From: Octopus bimaculoides
Lineage: Eukaryota
Direction of reading: 5' to 3'
DNA length: 64,000 bases
Assembly: GCF_001194135.2 (NCBI RefSeq)
Contig: NC_068985.1
Location: forward strand, 47,938,920 to 48,002,919
The translations under genes and the position numbers were made by a program. Below are positions 1 through 13,392 of the stretch, piece after piece (positions within the stretch are counted from its first letter, which is position 1; each line of letters starts with the position of its first letter). Below the pieces are notes generated by a model. The model had not been told where the DNA came from, made no database searches, and saw only the letters and a list, made by a program, of their open reading frames with translations.

Positions 1-470
1 CCCCCCCCCCAATAAACCACATAAACACTCACATCTGTATCACTCTTAACCTTACACTGATACACTATATTCCTTAATCTCACCTTCGGACCCTCAAACT
101 TTAACCTCCTGGGATTAATCTAAGTTACCTCAATCTTAGAACCTATGATATTATTACCTAAGTGAGGTTCCTCATCCCTATTCGTTCCATTCATGCCTGT
201 CTTAAGAACTTTAGAACTATGTGCTGCAATAATCTGCTCTAGGTTCTTAGTATTGGAAAAACCAAACCTAACACTATGCGTATTAATAATTTTACCGTAA
301 CGCGAAATTGCAGGGAAATGCTTACTAATTACCTCCCTAAACTGAGCTACCAAATTCGACTTAACATTTTTACCAAATGGTAAAATAAACCAAAGATAAC
401 CATCATTAATATTATTAAAGCCTTTTGCAAAATACCTAAAACATTTAGAATTACGCATGGCATTATTACG
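1..470 (-). mobile_element. Penelope-like element (PLE) remnant: RT thumb/linker plus start of GIY-YIG endonuclease; runs off the window start
   Basis: ORF 120..458 contains WFILPFGKNVKSNLVAQFREVISKHFP...IINTHSVRFGFSNTKNLEQIIAAHSSKVL, matching the PLE linker pattern WFNPPFS.NV.TN....F...I.KHFP....N...V..SYS...N...II..HN.KVL. Downstream on the minus strand (about 85 to 15) reads RNIVYQCKVKSDTDVSVYV, like the GIY-YIG IVY...YIG motif. Stops and frameshifts are present. Confidence 0.8.
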
Positions 471-472
471 AT

Positions 473-555
473 TATATCACAAAGAAGTATATCACAAAGA
501 AGTATATCACAAAGAATTATATCACAAAGAATTTCTTCTTTGTGATATAATTCTT
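473..555. repeat. Four 15-bp tandem units followed by a perfect 20-bp inverted repeat
   Basis: tatatcacaaagaa(g/t) x4 at 473-532. Arm 512-531 aagaattatatcacaaagaa is the exact reverse complement of arm 536-555, with a 4-nt loop. Confidence 0.95.
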
Positions 556-2229
556 GGGAAAGAATATATTTGCGGCTGAAGATAGCTTTATANNNNNNNN
601 NNATATAACCATTTGAACATGAAACTGATGTATCTAACTAATAATTCTTTAAAAAGTCATAGTAACATGAAAACGTGAGTTAATCATCTAATTTGAAAAT
701 TTTATAAAGAGTATGTTACACAGCCACTTTGTAAATACATTGAAAATGTAACCGTAAATGCAAAAATACGCATGTTTAAGTAAATAGCATGTCAGAGAGC
801 TCTAGATAGTTTTAGGGTATTTTCAAACAACGAGCTGATGTTGAACATGCTCATATCTGTTTATCTATACTAAATTATTTTATATAAGAAATGTAATTTT
901 GACGTATATTTCAAACAAGTCGGTATAACATACCACATGGCTATAAAAATGTTCAGAATCAACTTGAAAGTATAGGTACGGTGACTGCTAAATGAAATTG
1001 ATTTGTTCTCTGTTTTATTTCGAAAATGGCATTTCTTTTGTTCTGTAATTTCAACTTAAATTCAATTTTAATTGATTGAGAACTTTTGACACACGCATGA
1101 CTTTTATGCAAATTTTAGACTGAATCACTGTGGTAAGTTATATAGCTAGGTTGCGACTTTGAATTACGTGTGTAGTCTATCCGATTTTCTTCCAAACGGT
1201 TTCAGTCTATCTAATTTCAGCCAAAAGGTTCGAAAGGACAACAGGCTAGAGTATGAAAAAAAAAAACAAAAATGAAAAAACAAAACACAGTTGGAGTTTT
1301 AGCAATTGGTAAGGAGTCATACTTGAAATTTCGATGTATTAATTCTTACTTGTACATGCAAGGGGAGAAGGATTTTCTCTCTAATATTTATATAAATTAT
1401 ATACACATAAGCATCATGCATTTTGTTCATGTTTGAGTAACTTCACATATTAATCGGTGGCTGGAAAGAGAATTAGCGTACGAGGCCAACATTACGGATA
1501 TGAATTGCATAACTAAGACTTACATTGGAATGACGGGAAACACCTCCAAATGAAGATATACGCAGCTTTGGATTCGTTCAAAGACAAAAGCAAAAGACAC
1601 AAAACATCTTTATCCAATATCATAAGACACATGATAAATCACGTACAGTCTCAAGTAATTACGTGTATTCTCATCCAAAAGAAACGAGTATCAACATTCG
1701 CACATGGTACGCTTGAACAATTGTAAATTTCTGTCTTTACATGGAACTATTGGTAGTTTTATTAACCGGTAAAGAAAGAATATTTATCCTCCAATGCAGT
1801 GTTGATCACTCTTTCTCACTGTTCGATATTCATCGTGAGTTTGTGTGTGTGTGTGTATGCGTATGTGTGTGTGTGTGCGTGTGAGAGGTACAGAGAGAGA
1901 TAGAGAAGGAGAGTGAGAGAGGAAGAGAAATAATTTGATACATATGTAAGAAGGTATCTTTGCAACCGCTTTGTTTCGATTTTGATCTCTTTACGGAGCA
2001 TTTTGCGCAGACGGCTTCTAAAATAGTCATGGTTTGGTCAATATCTCGTAAATTAAATTTATCAGTCAGCCACTATAGCATCGTATAAATTTACACACAC
2101 ACACAACACACACACTCACATACACACACATATTTACACATGTATGAGTACATGGTGGAAATCAGCTAGTGACTGAGTGAGTACACACACTCTGCTACAT
2201 TTGGTGCACGGGAGTTCGTGCTCGGTATC

Positions 2230-2880
2230 ACATTGGTAAACGGGGTTGCTTCTGCGATCACGCTGGGAGAGACAGTTTATGCCTGCGTTTTGAAAGCAGA
2301 CATGATCATACTGGTTACACAGGACAGACCCTTTTGTGCCCTTCTCGGGAAAAGTCTCACAGCCTCCATATATTTACTAGCACGTGGGAACCCTGTTGTT
2401 CTCGAATTCTCTAGCACCAGTAGCAATCAGATTTTCCCGGATGCAAAAATTTCCCAGATGTTATAACCAATATTTAATCTTTTTAAGTGTACTTTTCATA
2501 TTGTCTTTGAAATGTTCGTACGGTTTGCACTGGAAACAAATTTCTTGTTTCAGCTCACCATACAACTGCTTGTTTGACATGCTGGTGTCCTTGAAGCAGA
2601 TATGAACTCGGTAATCGTCATTACCCTCCTTTAAGTTACATGAGATCTTCAGGATGTTATACCAACATCGCTGAGGGAATAGTTCGCGACATTGGATATG
2701 CCTGCTGTAAGTTGTCCAAAGCTTACGTCCACACGGCAGGGCAGCTAAGGCACATGTTCGATAGATCTCAACCTTCTGTATTGATTTTATGCTTTATTAC
2801 GACTAAAGCTTCGATTCAAGCTTTCCAAGTGTATCACTGGCCTCGATTGATGTTCTTTTCAAAAGGTGACTAGTTACCAA
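2230..2880 (-). mobile_element. RTE-clade LINE 3' remnant (post-RT region)
   Basis: Minus-strand translation gives KLWTTYSRHIQCRELFPQRCWYNILKIS and KQLYGELKQ...KPYEHFKDNMKSTLKK, matching RTE/BovB motifs ETWT.YSRH...LE.FHQRCLR.IL.I.W and KQ.LYGEL..G.R..G....R.KD.LK. Confidence 0.75.
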
Positions 2881-4844
2881 ATAATTTGGATTCCAACGTA
2901 ATAGAAATTCGAATAAATTCTTTCATTTGCTAATATTGAACATGACTATTGCTGTGCCGTCAATGCTTGCTTGTTGTAACATGCGAATCATACAAATCAA
3001 TGCTTCGATGTCACTTGAAGATGTTTGATACTTCTCTGCGTTTGGGTTTCGTTTTATTCGTTGTAGGTCTACTTAATAACCAACGTGTATTCCATTCATC
3101 TTCTGTCAAAATTTCGATGTGTGCATAATGCTAGTTCCCTAACCGTTAGCACGTGGGGTTGTTATTTACAATTTGGAAGAATACACGGCCTGACAAATTA
3201 TAGCACGAACGAGAGTAAATGAGTAAATGGGAGATGAACTAAGCAAGTAGTTAATGAATTAACCGCAAATGTATTCAGTAGACTATTAAAGAATATTCCC
3301 TCGATATAATTAAACTATATATTGCCCTTTAAAGTAATATATATAGTATTTAAACTAACTTGGTGGCTGAACTTGATACTTCATGTTTTTCCTTGCATCA
3401 ACTTTTAATGGTAGTTGGTGGAAAGAGAGTGTAACCGAACCAAGGATTGATTTTCTAAAACTAGCAGTAAATTCTCCACACACACCCCACCAGTCGTATG
3501 CTACTGTTTTACAAACATAGCATATACAAAGTAGGGCTGTACATGCAATTTAGTTGGCATGATAATAGCTGATGCAGAGAGAAAAGAATACACAAACAAA
3601 AGCAAGATTCTACCTTAGTGGACATGGTCGATCTTTTGTTTGAGTATTTCATCCTTATTATAGAAATATTCCGATATACCTTAGCATGATACAACATACA
3701 GAAGGTATATACTTACATATAGATTGCTTGACTTCAATAGAATGTGCGAAGACTGCTGATCAAGAGTTTGTCACCTAGTCAACACACAAATCATCAAGGG
3801 GAAACTTCATGATGCCTTTCGATATGCAAAAAATAACAGTCAAAGAAACATCCTAGCAACTGAGAAGGGGAAAACAGTTTTTACTTTATCACAGTTGATT
3901 TATGATACTTCTGTTTACCACAAGTTAATTTGGATTTTCGAAAGTATAATAAGAAGATATCCGCCGGAGCCTACCCGATTAAAATGTATTTGGTTATCAA
4001 AAGTTATTCATAATTTGAATAATAGTTAATACATCGCAGTGAAAAAGAACCTACCGATATCCAACATATTAAGAACTGATTATATTGAAGTGAGCACTAG
4101 TTCCGAGCTCACTTCCCTTGGGATTATGTGGAGTTTCAAATGTCTCTTTCTTTTTCTCAGTATATTCGAGAGTAATAACGACAGTGGAGTATTTCAACAA
4201 AAACAATGTAGTAATTAGCGATGAAAAAAAATCAATAATTAAGCGACAGTATGTAGCTGATTTTCTGATAATGTCACTAATAGTTTTGTGTCAATAACTA
4301 AATTAGTAGAACCGAACTCCTCCAATAAGATTCTTTATTAAATCGCGTGAGTGGAACAGCGATAGAAGCAATGGCTTGGGAGATACATACCGAAGAAATA
4401 TCATATTTCGTGTTTCAGCAGTGTGATATTTCATGTGGCCGTGTGATATTTCATTAGGAATGTTCAGGGATATTTGTTTAATCTAGCAATGTATGTATAT
4501 TTTGCAATATATGAAAAATAGATATAGAAGGATATGGTGCTAAGTTTAGATTACATATATGTCCCAGACGTATTTCGGTGTTGACATTTATGTCGTGTAT
4601 ACACATACAAATGAAAGTCAACAGCTTCAGTCGAAGGAAGACTCAGACATATATGCACATGTACACACATACACAGACGGACACGTACACCTCCAACCCC
4701 ATCCCATAAAAACCCACCGCCAATTCGCACACACCTATACACATACACACTAGATAAAAGACTACTAAAAGAGTTTATTTAATCAGGAGTAGTTGGAATT
4801 TTTGTCGAGTAAAATTTACTTACGGTATTTTGATGTTGGGTGTT

Positions 4845-4945
4845 AAGTTCTGAGTTCAAATCTGACTGAAGGTGAATTTGCCTTTCATACTTCGGGGATG
4901 CGCGTCGATAAAATAAGATACTAGTCAAATGCATGAGTTGTTCCG
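4845..4945 (+). mobile_element. SINE family A fragment
   Basis: gttctgagttcaaat...tttgcctttcat...gtcgataaaataag core shared with the other family A copies in the window. Confidence 0.65.
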
Positions 4946-5161
4946 GTCTACACAGCTCTAATGAGTTTTAGTGTTGTAACAGTGAGGTTACCTGGATCTA
5001 TAACGCGAGGAATGAAGAAGTGAGTTCGCCTGCCCACTCAGCTACATAGGCACCTAATATAATTAGCGAAAGCATGGTACATATTACCATGCCATACTCA
5101 CTTCTGAATGAGGGTTACTTATTTTGGTTGGTAGGAGGGTATGGTCGTTTATTTTATTTTA

Positions 5162-5203
<42 letters not shown>

Positions 5204-5461
5204 GGTAGTCGCAGAATCTTAGGAGAGGGAACATGCTATCAGGAAAGATGTTTTATGGGGTTTCCGTTTTCGGTCATGTTAGTTGTGAGATCATGATCAG
5301 GATTTGCTGTATGATGTCGTGAAATCNNNNNNNNNNAAAGTGTCTGTGACACGATGTAGAAAGACTTCACTGAACAACATCTGGAATTCAAATATATTTC
5401 CTTATTGGTTTGGAATGCTCCGGCTCCATACGTAGTCAAAGTAATCGCTTTCCTAAACCAA

Positions 5462-5668
5462 GTGGCCAGCTGGAAGAATCATTAGCGCGCCGGGAAAAAT
5501 GATTAGCAGTCTTTCTCCCGGCTTTATGCTCTGATTTCAAATTTCACCGAGTCAGCTTTGCTTTTCGAGGTCGAAAAAAAAATAAGTGCCAGTCGAGCAC
5601 TGGAAACGATGTAAATGACTACCTGCCTCCAAATTTCAGGCCTTGTGCCAATAGAAGAAATAATTATT
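5462..5668 (+). mobile_element. SINE family A (tRNA-type head), near full length
   Basis: gctggaagaatcattagcgcgccggg head, ctgatttcaaattt B-box-like motif, aggccttgtgcc...agaa tail ending in (att); homologous to 9238 and 34387. Confidence 0.8.
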
Positions 5669-5769
5669 TCATTACTTTTGTTACTTCAGTGTATGCTACA
5701 CATACAATAGGCAAAAGCACGGCCGAGTAGCTAGGATGCACACTTTGCAATTATAATATCCCTGCTTCG

Positions 5770-6160
5770 GGCAACACAGAACATCGATTTTGAACTTTGC
5801 AGGTACTTTATTTTTTATCGATCCGAATGTATTGAAAAGCAAAAATTACTTCGCCAAGATTTGAGCTAAAAAATCTTTGGAACTAGAAGAAATACCGCAA
5901 TACAAATTACCGACATTGATGTATTTTGCTAATCTGCTGGAAAAAAAAAATGGCTTGAAGTCTACGTACAAGTCCAGCAGATGTATGAATAGCAGCTTAG
6001 TCGATTACATTGGCACCGTACTCTAGAAGTACTTAATTTTATCGAATGGGATAAAGGTGCCATGCGTATTCACCTCGGTGGTATTTGAACTTAGAATGTA
6101 AAGGTCCTCGTAAAGTACAGCCGGGCATATTTGACGACGCTTTAACCATTCTGCCCATTC
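5770..6160 (-). mobile_element. Two degenerate SINE family A copies (about 5770-5885 and 5995-6160)
   Basis: Reverse complements of the family A core, e.g. gtacttaattttatcga and cctcggtggtatttgaacttagaatgtaa. Confidence 0.6.
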
Positions 6161-6529
6161 AAAGGGAATGAATCACAATAATAATTAATGTGCAACATAA
6201 ATTGAATGAAATGCGGCTTTCTTCAATTTCTCATTACAGACACGACATTCCATTCCATCAAATAATTATGAAAGTAAAGAAAAAAATTATATAATAAAAT
6301 ATTAGATTAATTTAAAACTGTAAATAGCTTGATGGAAAATCACATAGCAGTAGAATGAACCGATCGAATTTCTAGTCAGATTTTAGTAGCAATCAATATA
6401 TATCGAAATTACATGTAGCAATATTATGATGTAAAATAACCAAGGCTGTTAATTGTTAATTGATTTTACTTCAGTTCGGTTTTAAGTGAAGATTATATTT
6501 CAATTAAAATTCGGTTCCATTTTAACGTC

Positions 6530-6806
6530 CTCACATACAATGAGCCGAGTATATATGTATATGTTTCTATAGATATATATGCGTATATGCGTGTGTGTGT
6601 TTGTGTATACTATATATGTGCATAAACATAGATATGCACAGATATGTGTGCGTGTGTGTATGTGTATGACTATATGAATACATGTACATATATGCACATT
6701 TGTATATATCGGCTTATATTTGTTTATATGTATATGTATACGTATGTATATATATTTATGAATATGAACACATATGCATGTATACACATAGCGTTAAACA
6801 TATATT

Positions 6807-6867
<61 letters not shown>

Positions 6868-6900
6868 TCACGTATGTATGTATGTACAGACAGACAAGCA
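6530..6900. repeat. Compound (TA)n/(TG)n/(TATG)n microsatellite
   Basis: Direct inspection; accounts for the overlapping low-complexity ORFs in the track. Confidence 0.95.
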
Positions 6901-7089
6901 CGCGCATATTTCGTCCAAAGTAATGCACAAGTGAGCATTAAGTTTATTAGCTGACATTGATAACGGAAATTGTAAAAGTTGATAGACTAGCACTTCTAAG
7001 CAAATGTAGAACTCAAGCAATGCATCTATTTCATCGTTTAACCTAAGTTTCAAATCCTATTTGGAAAAGGGCGCACGTGCTACCATTGT

Positions 7090-7900
7090 ACGCACTCTTC
7101 ACAGTAAATATCCTCTCGTCTTTGTTATTAGATTATTGTTCTCGAAAACTATATTCCATTAGACAGGAGAGGCACCAGAACCTGACTGTACTGTGGATGT
7201 TAAACTACCTGTCACTCCAGGTTGTTGTTGCCTGATTTATTGTCGTAGATGTTTGTGGTCTCACATTATTATGGTGAATGTGGATCGTTTTCAGAGTCTT
7301 CTACAGTCTCTGATTCTTTATGGTTTCTTTCAGCTTTTTCAGTGTAAAAATGTACCTTTCGTTAATCACCTTTCCACGTTCCAGAATATCAGTGAGAATG
7401 ACGACTTCGTCATGCTAAAGAATTGTCCCCATAAATGTTTGAACTGCTTATTGGCTCTTAACTATCTAGCTCATGGAGAAAAGGTGTGATGCCTTTCGCT
7501 GGGCTGAGCATCTGTTGTGGAACCTTAAATATACGGCTATTTTTCACCCTTTGCAATTAAGAAAGAATGCAGTATTTTTACCTTCAAACTCATCCGGGAG
7601 ATCAATGGATGTTTCCATTCTTCTCCCTTTTAAACTGGATTTCCAGTGGTGAGGTAACCTACTACCCAATTCCTAATGTCAAACCCCATTTTTTGTCGTA
7701 CATTGCAACACTAGTCCAGAAGGACTGGAAATGTATGAATTGTGAATCTTCTGCCAGCGCAAATCACTTCGTTCAGTTGGTGATCTTTCTGTTTGTAGTC
7801 GCGTTGGATTGTCTCTTACTGCATGTTTTCTTCAATAACGCTCTCTTCCATCTTAAAAGTTCACCCATCTGTGTGCCAATAGTATCAGGTCTGTAAACAA
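7090..7900 (-). mobile_element. Old mariner transposase remnant
   Basis: Minus strand reads DEVVILTDILERGKVINERYIFTLKKLKETIKNQRL*KTLKTIHIHHNNVRP then HPQYSQVLVP, degenerate versions of the mariner GVIL.D.L..G.TIN...Y, HHDNARP and HPPYSPDLAP motifs. No TIR found. Confidence 0.75.
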
Positions 7901-9237
7901 TCTGTGGCCTATAGTACGTTATAAATTTAATGGCAGTACACTGCTTCTGCTTGCAGTCAGTTATTTACTTGCAATGAAGAATAACAAAAAAATGGAGTTA
8001 CTACACAAGAAAAGTTACTCCGTTAGCCTATGCTATTGAAAGACACTACGCGCACCTGTGCATTGCTTTCGGTAAAACAAACCCACTTATATATTATGTT
8101 TTTAACACTAGAGTTCTATGAAAAGATTGTATCTTTAACAATTCCACAGCTTCTTCCCTTCAAAGTGTATCTACATTTAGTTGAATACCCAGAGGCTGAT
8201 TTTAATTTAATGCTGTTTCAATTGCCTATTCCGATTTATCTACAACTGCAATACCAGTGAAGGTTATATTCAATTATTCCTATGTATCGATTGACGAATT
8301 TCGTTCAAGCAGTTGAAACTGTGTGTAAGGCAATGACGAGATTCATCAAAGGCAAAATGCATCTGTCGTTCTCCTGAATCACTGTAGCGTCGATATACGT
8401 TCCATTCCGATATATATTGTTCCTTTCAGACAATCCTACACCATCTTGCTTTCTAACCGTGTGTATACATTGCTAATGACACATAGATGGTGATTTTAAT
8501 TTTGTCGTTTACCGAGTTATATCTTCACACTGTATGTAGTAATCTTTATTAATAGATTTCTGTTAAAAAGTGTAATATTGGAAATTATCTCTCTTATTTC
8601 GACTCTAAAGGAATATATACAACCAAGAATAAATTTTTACGAACATTTGTGACTTATTTCTAGACACTTCGGTGTCAGCACACTTAATATTCCGCTTACT
8701 TATTACAGCTATAACAGGCTGTTAGCTTTCAACGTTTTATTTGAAACATGCAAGAAACATCAGTTAGATATTCCACAAATTACAGTCGACTGTATTCGTC
8801 ATCCATTAGACAATGTAGCCCGAGATAATACCGAAAAATTAAATTATAATCCACAGAAAGAACACATTGATCGTATGTTTTCTGGATAAGGGCTGATACG
8901 GAGCTCAGCAGCAAAACACTACTGCTGAAATTACAGTATTGCGACTTGACTGAAGTGGAATAGAACTAGAATCTCAGCAGACACCAAAGTCAAGAATTTA
9001 CTGTCCAGCATTCCGTCGCATATAAATACCAATCTTAATATGAATGATAGCACATGTGAAGTGCTGACATTTAATAACATTTCTACGACAAATTTAAGTA
9101 ATTGTTAGACCTATTTCAGCAGGCCAGCATCAATAAGATTTACAACATATCTGTCGCTCTCTTGATATTTCTGTTGCTATATTTTATATTTCTCATATAG
9201 TTTTTCCGTTGTATGTTAATAGTTAAGATATATACAC

Positions 9238-9426
9238 GGCGGGAAGCTGGTAGAATCATTACTGCTTAGTGGCATAAGTTCTGAGTTCAAATTCCGCCGA
9301 GGTTGACTTTGGCTTTCACCCTTTTCGTTGTCGATAAAATATATACCAGTCAAGCATCGGATTCGATGTAATCGACTTGCCTCCTAACCCGGGCTTGAGT
9401 GCTTTGTCCCAAAACTGGAAATCAAT
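9238..9426 (+). mobile_element. SINE family A
   Basis: ggcgggaagctggtagaatc...gttctgagttcaaattccgccgaggttgactttggctttc...gtcgataaaa...gatgtaatcgactt. Confidence 0.85.
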
Positions 9427-9729
9427 ATTTAAAATGTATCATACCGTATCCCAATTCTGTTTTACTGCTAAAAAGACATCATCCCTATATCCATTGCGTT
9501 TTAATATTTACATATGTGTGTTTGTGTGTGTGTGTGTGTGAAAATAAACCTGTTTTTACTTCAACTTTTTATAAATCCTTACTGATATTCATTAAGATGA
9601 GATTCATGGAAACCAGTAATATTTTCGTTTCTAATTTTTAAAATCATTTTTATTAAATCTCCTCTTAAATTGAAATGTCTTAGACTTACCTCTGTGCTAT
9701 TTCCACCTCAATCTTTTATATATCTATTA

Positions 9730-9871
9730 CCAATCACATGTTTCCGGGATCGATCCCACTGCGTGACACCTTCGGAAGCTGCCTTCTACTAAAGCTTCGG
9801 GCCGACCAAAGCCTTGTGAGTGGATTCGGTAGGCGGGAACTGAAAGAAGTCCGTCGGATGTATATGTATAA

Positions 9872-9904
<33 letters not shown>

Positions 9905-10136
9905 TGTATACATCTATGTGTGTGTATCTTTGTGCTTGTCCTCCCATCACCACATGACAACCGGTGTTGGTGTGTTTACCTCCCCATAACCTAGCAGTTC
10001 TGCAAACGTGACTGATACAATAAGTACTAGGCATTAAATATATAGTCCCGGGATCGATTTCTTCGACGAAAACCCTTCAAGGCGTTGCTCAGCATGGCCG
10101 CAGTCAAATGACTGAGACAAGTAAAAGTATAAAAGA
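9730..10136 (+). mobile_element. SINE family B: tRNA-like head, internal (TATG)n, conserved tail
   Basis: Head cccactgcgtgacacc...ggccgaccaaagccttgtgagtggatt...aactgaaagaag.ccgtcg; microsatellite at about 9860-9925; tail ending gcatggccgcagtcaaatgactgagacaagtaaaag. The same head and tail occur reversed at 26600-27510. Confidence 0.85.
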
Positions 10137-11320
10137 TTATATGGATCATAGTGAATGACCTTTAGTTTTACTTTTCGAGATACATGATGTCCGTATTTTC
10201 TTTGAATTTTTGAAAATTATCATACTGTATCTGCCGGAGACAGGAGACAGATGAGATCTTTGACGTCTAAAATACCCCAACACAAGCCGTATATCATGAC
10301 GGTGCTCCAAGGATTCCATCGCGAATTGAAAGCCCAAGGCAAGGTACCTCAAGGCAAAGTAAGGCATTTTTAATATATGTAATTGTTATGTTGTTCAGTT
10401 AGATCTTCCCGCTGCATTGAATATGTCAGGCTTCCCTTTACTAGTTCATTAGTATTTTCTGGTGTGTGTGTGTGTGTATGCGATTTGTATTTGCTTATGT
10501 GGTTATGCTATCTAATAGTTATTGTGTGGCTACACCCTCCAAATGAGGGAATATTTCTGTTGATAAGAGCGAATCGATTCCAAATCACACCAAACATTAT
10601 TAAAAAGTGATCCTACTGGATAATGTATCCTCAGATACAGTGTTTTCAACAAACGAGAGGATTGTTTTGCTTCAACGCATTTCATCAGCGAATGTGCAAG
10701 AAACTCTGGCATGAATTTAAACATGTACAACAAAACCAAACCAATCTTTTAACGGAACAGATATATTCCTCGGCACTTCTATACTCCGTGACATTTGAAA
10801 ATATTTTCAAAATGAGTCTCCTCGTATCGTCTATCGAAGCCAGCCACCAAACATCATTAAATTATGAATCTTTCATTATTGCAACACAAGGAATTATTTT
10901 AAATTTCACTTATCTAAGCACACGTTTCAAGGGATCAAGGACATTTTTGTTATTGTTTAACATTTAGCCTGATATCCTGTCAGCATCATTTCTTATTTTT
11001 GATAAATACAGGAGAATATTAACCAATGCAGTCCTTTTTAGATTTGGTGTACTGCGATTTCAAAGATACTTGGATGCTATTTCTAGTAAGTCAGCCGACA
11101 ATGTAAATGGTGCATCAATAAAACAATGGTGTTACGCAGTAGGATAAATGACCTACTAGAAATATACTGATAGTGAAAGTAAATAGAAATTTCTATAGGC
11201 TTCAGACTCTAATTGGTCCAAAGGTTTTCCACGATATAATCACAAAATGTAAATTCACAAGGATACTACAAATCTCTTCCTTCACGCAGAGATTAGTAAT
11301 ATGACCATGATTTTACACGC

Positions 11321-11363
<43 letters not shown>

Positions 11364-11965
11364 ATATATGCATATGTATATATTGCAATATGATTCAGCA
11401 TGATATTAGAGAACTATTAACGAATACAAAGAGTGTTAACATAGATTTGTAGAGACTGTGTTTGTAACAATCGCTCTGATTAGCACCAGCCGTCGTCTTG
11501 TCACCTTGTTTGCTGTTAGCAAAGGTAAGATTTTCTCAACATGTGTTCAGCACAGGTCTGCGATCTTGCGAGAATTTCCTCAAATCAATCTTAAGAAACC
11601 TTAGAAAAGGTCATAGGCATTGTCATTCCTCTTTTGACAATGCTATACATTTTTAAACATCCAATACGATTTCACTCAAATACTGTAGGAAATTCAATTG
11701 AAAACAAGGCATGTAATTATATATGAAATACATCGAGAGAAGCCTGCTGATAGATTGCTAATTATCAAATATTCATGCATTATATAGCGTACAGAATCTC
11801 ACATCAATCAGATCCCCATTAAATGTACACATTTCATTTATCAATAGAAAATAGAAAATAAGAGCAGTTGCTACGCTACGAAGAAAATGTGCTGCAGCAT
11901 TATGAATCCTTCCACTTAATATGGTCTTGAATTTGACTTAAACTTTTATTTTATATGTATGTATG

Positions 11966-12024
<59 letters not shown>

Positions 12025-12440
12025 TTATAGTAAATTCTCCGGTCTGGATGAATAGCCCTCAACTGCGGTCTTCATAGTCAAACCTAATTTGAGAGACGTG
12101 TCATTAATGACCATGAATGTCAATATATGAGGAAAATTCATCTCCAGAGAACGAATTCTGAGAGAGGACCAGAAATAGGTAGTAGAATTAGGAGTAGTTG
12201 GGAGGGAAGAGTTTGAGTGGATGTAGAATGAACCCAGAAGTTCTGAGGAGGCCTTCATATTATTTCTAGAAATAGGTAAAAAGAGGAGACAGCTCACCTT
12301 TGGTCCACAATGTAGGGATTGCATGGTTGTGACTTTATACTATTCTCTTTCTACATGAGATCTATGTTGCCCCTTTGAGCTGCAGCAGAATCACCCCAGA
12401 TGTGAAAGCCATACACCATTGTGAGGCTCATCTTAAGCTT

Positions 12441-12667
12441 CTATGGACAAAATCTCACCGGACAAATTTTTAACAAAAATGTCAATTAAGAAATATTTTT
12501 AATTTCTTTACAAAATATTTCACTTTACTAAAATATTTTTATTGTAAAGAAAAAACAATATCCCGGAGGATATTGACTGCCGGGGGTCTTTGTCCAGGTC
12601 GGGGGGAGGCTGTCCTGGGAAGGGGGTTGCCGGAGAGGGGCGTGTACTCGGTGGGAATTTGTCCTAG
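12441..12667. mobile_element. MITE-like element of about 225 bp
   Basis: Left end ctatggacaaaatctcacc matches the reverse complement of right end ggtgggaatttgtcctag; subterminal ggacaa/ttgtcc repeats; AT-rich core and G-rich right arm. No TSD identified. Confidence 0.6.
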
Positions 12668-13392
12668 TACCAATAATTGTTAAGACAGAAAGGAAAACTG
12701 TGATATTTACGAAAAAGAGCAGTCTTTAGGGAAGTGATTTGGGCAGAAAGCATTCTCAGTAATAATAAGAGCTAACATCTACAGGAATTATATTAGCTCT
12801 AGTAGAGCTGTTAACATTCAGCAAAGAGAAACTTTGACGATGGACAAAGCTTTCAATAATTGAAATACACAACAAATCGTGCATTTAATTTTCTATAACT
12901 CAAATGAGATAACTTGTTTCTTCATTCCTTCTGTTGAACAAATTTGTCATAATTTGTATGATATTTTATGGCGTACTTTCGGAGAAAATATCTCAGCGAA
13001 ACTTATAACATGTGGTGTATTGCTTTTATAATTCGAACACCACATGAAGAGAAAGACGAGAATAGAGATGCAGGTGCTGCCTTTTAATGTGCTTTGCGAA
13101 CGATAGGTGAGGGTAGCAAAGTACTTTGATTGGACCGGGTCACGCTTTCCTAGTAGCAGAAAAATAAGCTGAGAGCGCATATTTTTGATAACTAGGTTGC
13201 AACGTATTAGTACGTGTCTTTGTGAGGGCTTTCTCACGGTTAGGGAGCATTTTTAAAAAAATGTTCTTCGTACATATCCATTTTATCTTAATTCAATTTA
13301 GTCGGTGTAAATTCCCAACGCTGTTTGGTATCTATTACGTTGTTCCAGTGCAAACTTGGATCTTTGTCTGTAATGAAAGAAATCATCAACAT

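Noticed and set aside
473-532. Short direct repeats here and at 46733-46792 as CRISPR-like arrays
   Set aside because: No spacers, eukaryotic context, no cas genes.
570-630. ctgaaga next to the PLE remnant
   Set aside because: An assembly gap interrupts it, so a hammerhead cannot be evaluated.
8250-8460. Possible LINE endonuclease relic on the minus strand (GVGL...)
   Set aside because: Only one short motif; not distinguishable from chance.
10206-10380. Plus-strand frame ending at a good donor (GCAAA/gtaagg)
   Set aside because: The nearest good acceptor (10179) gives stops in all three frames before that donor; no homology recognised.
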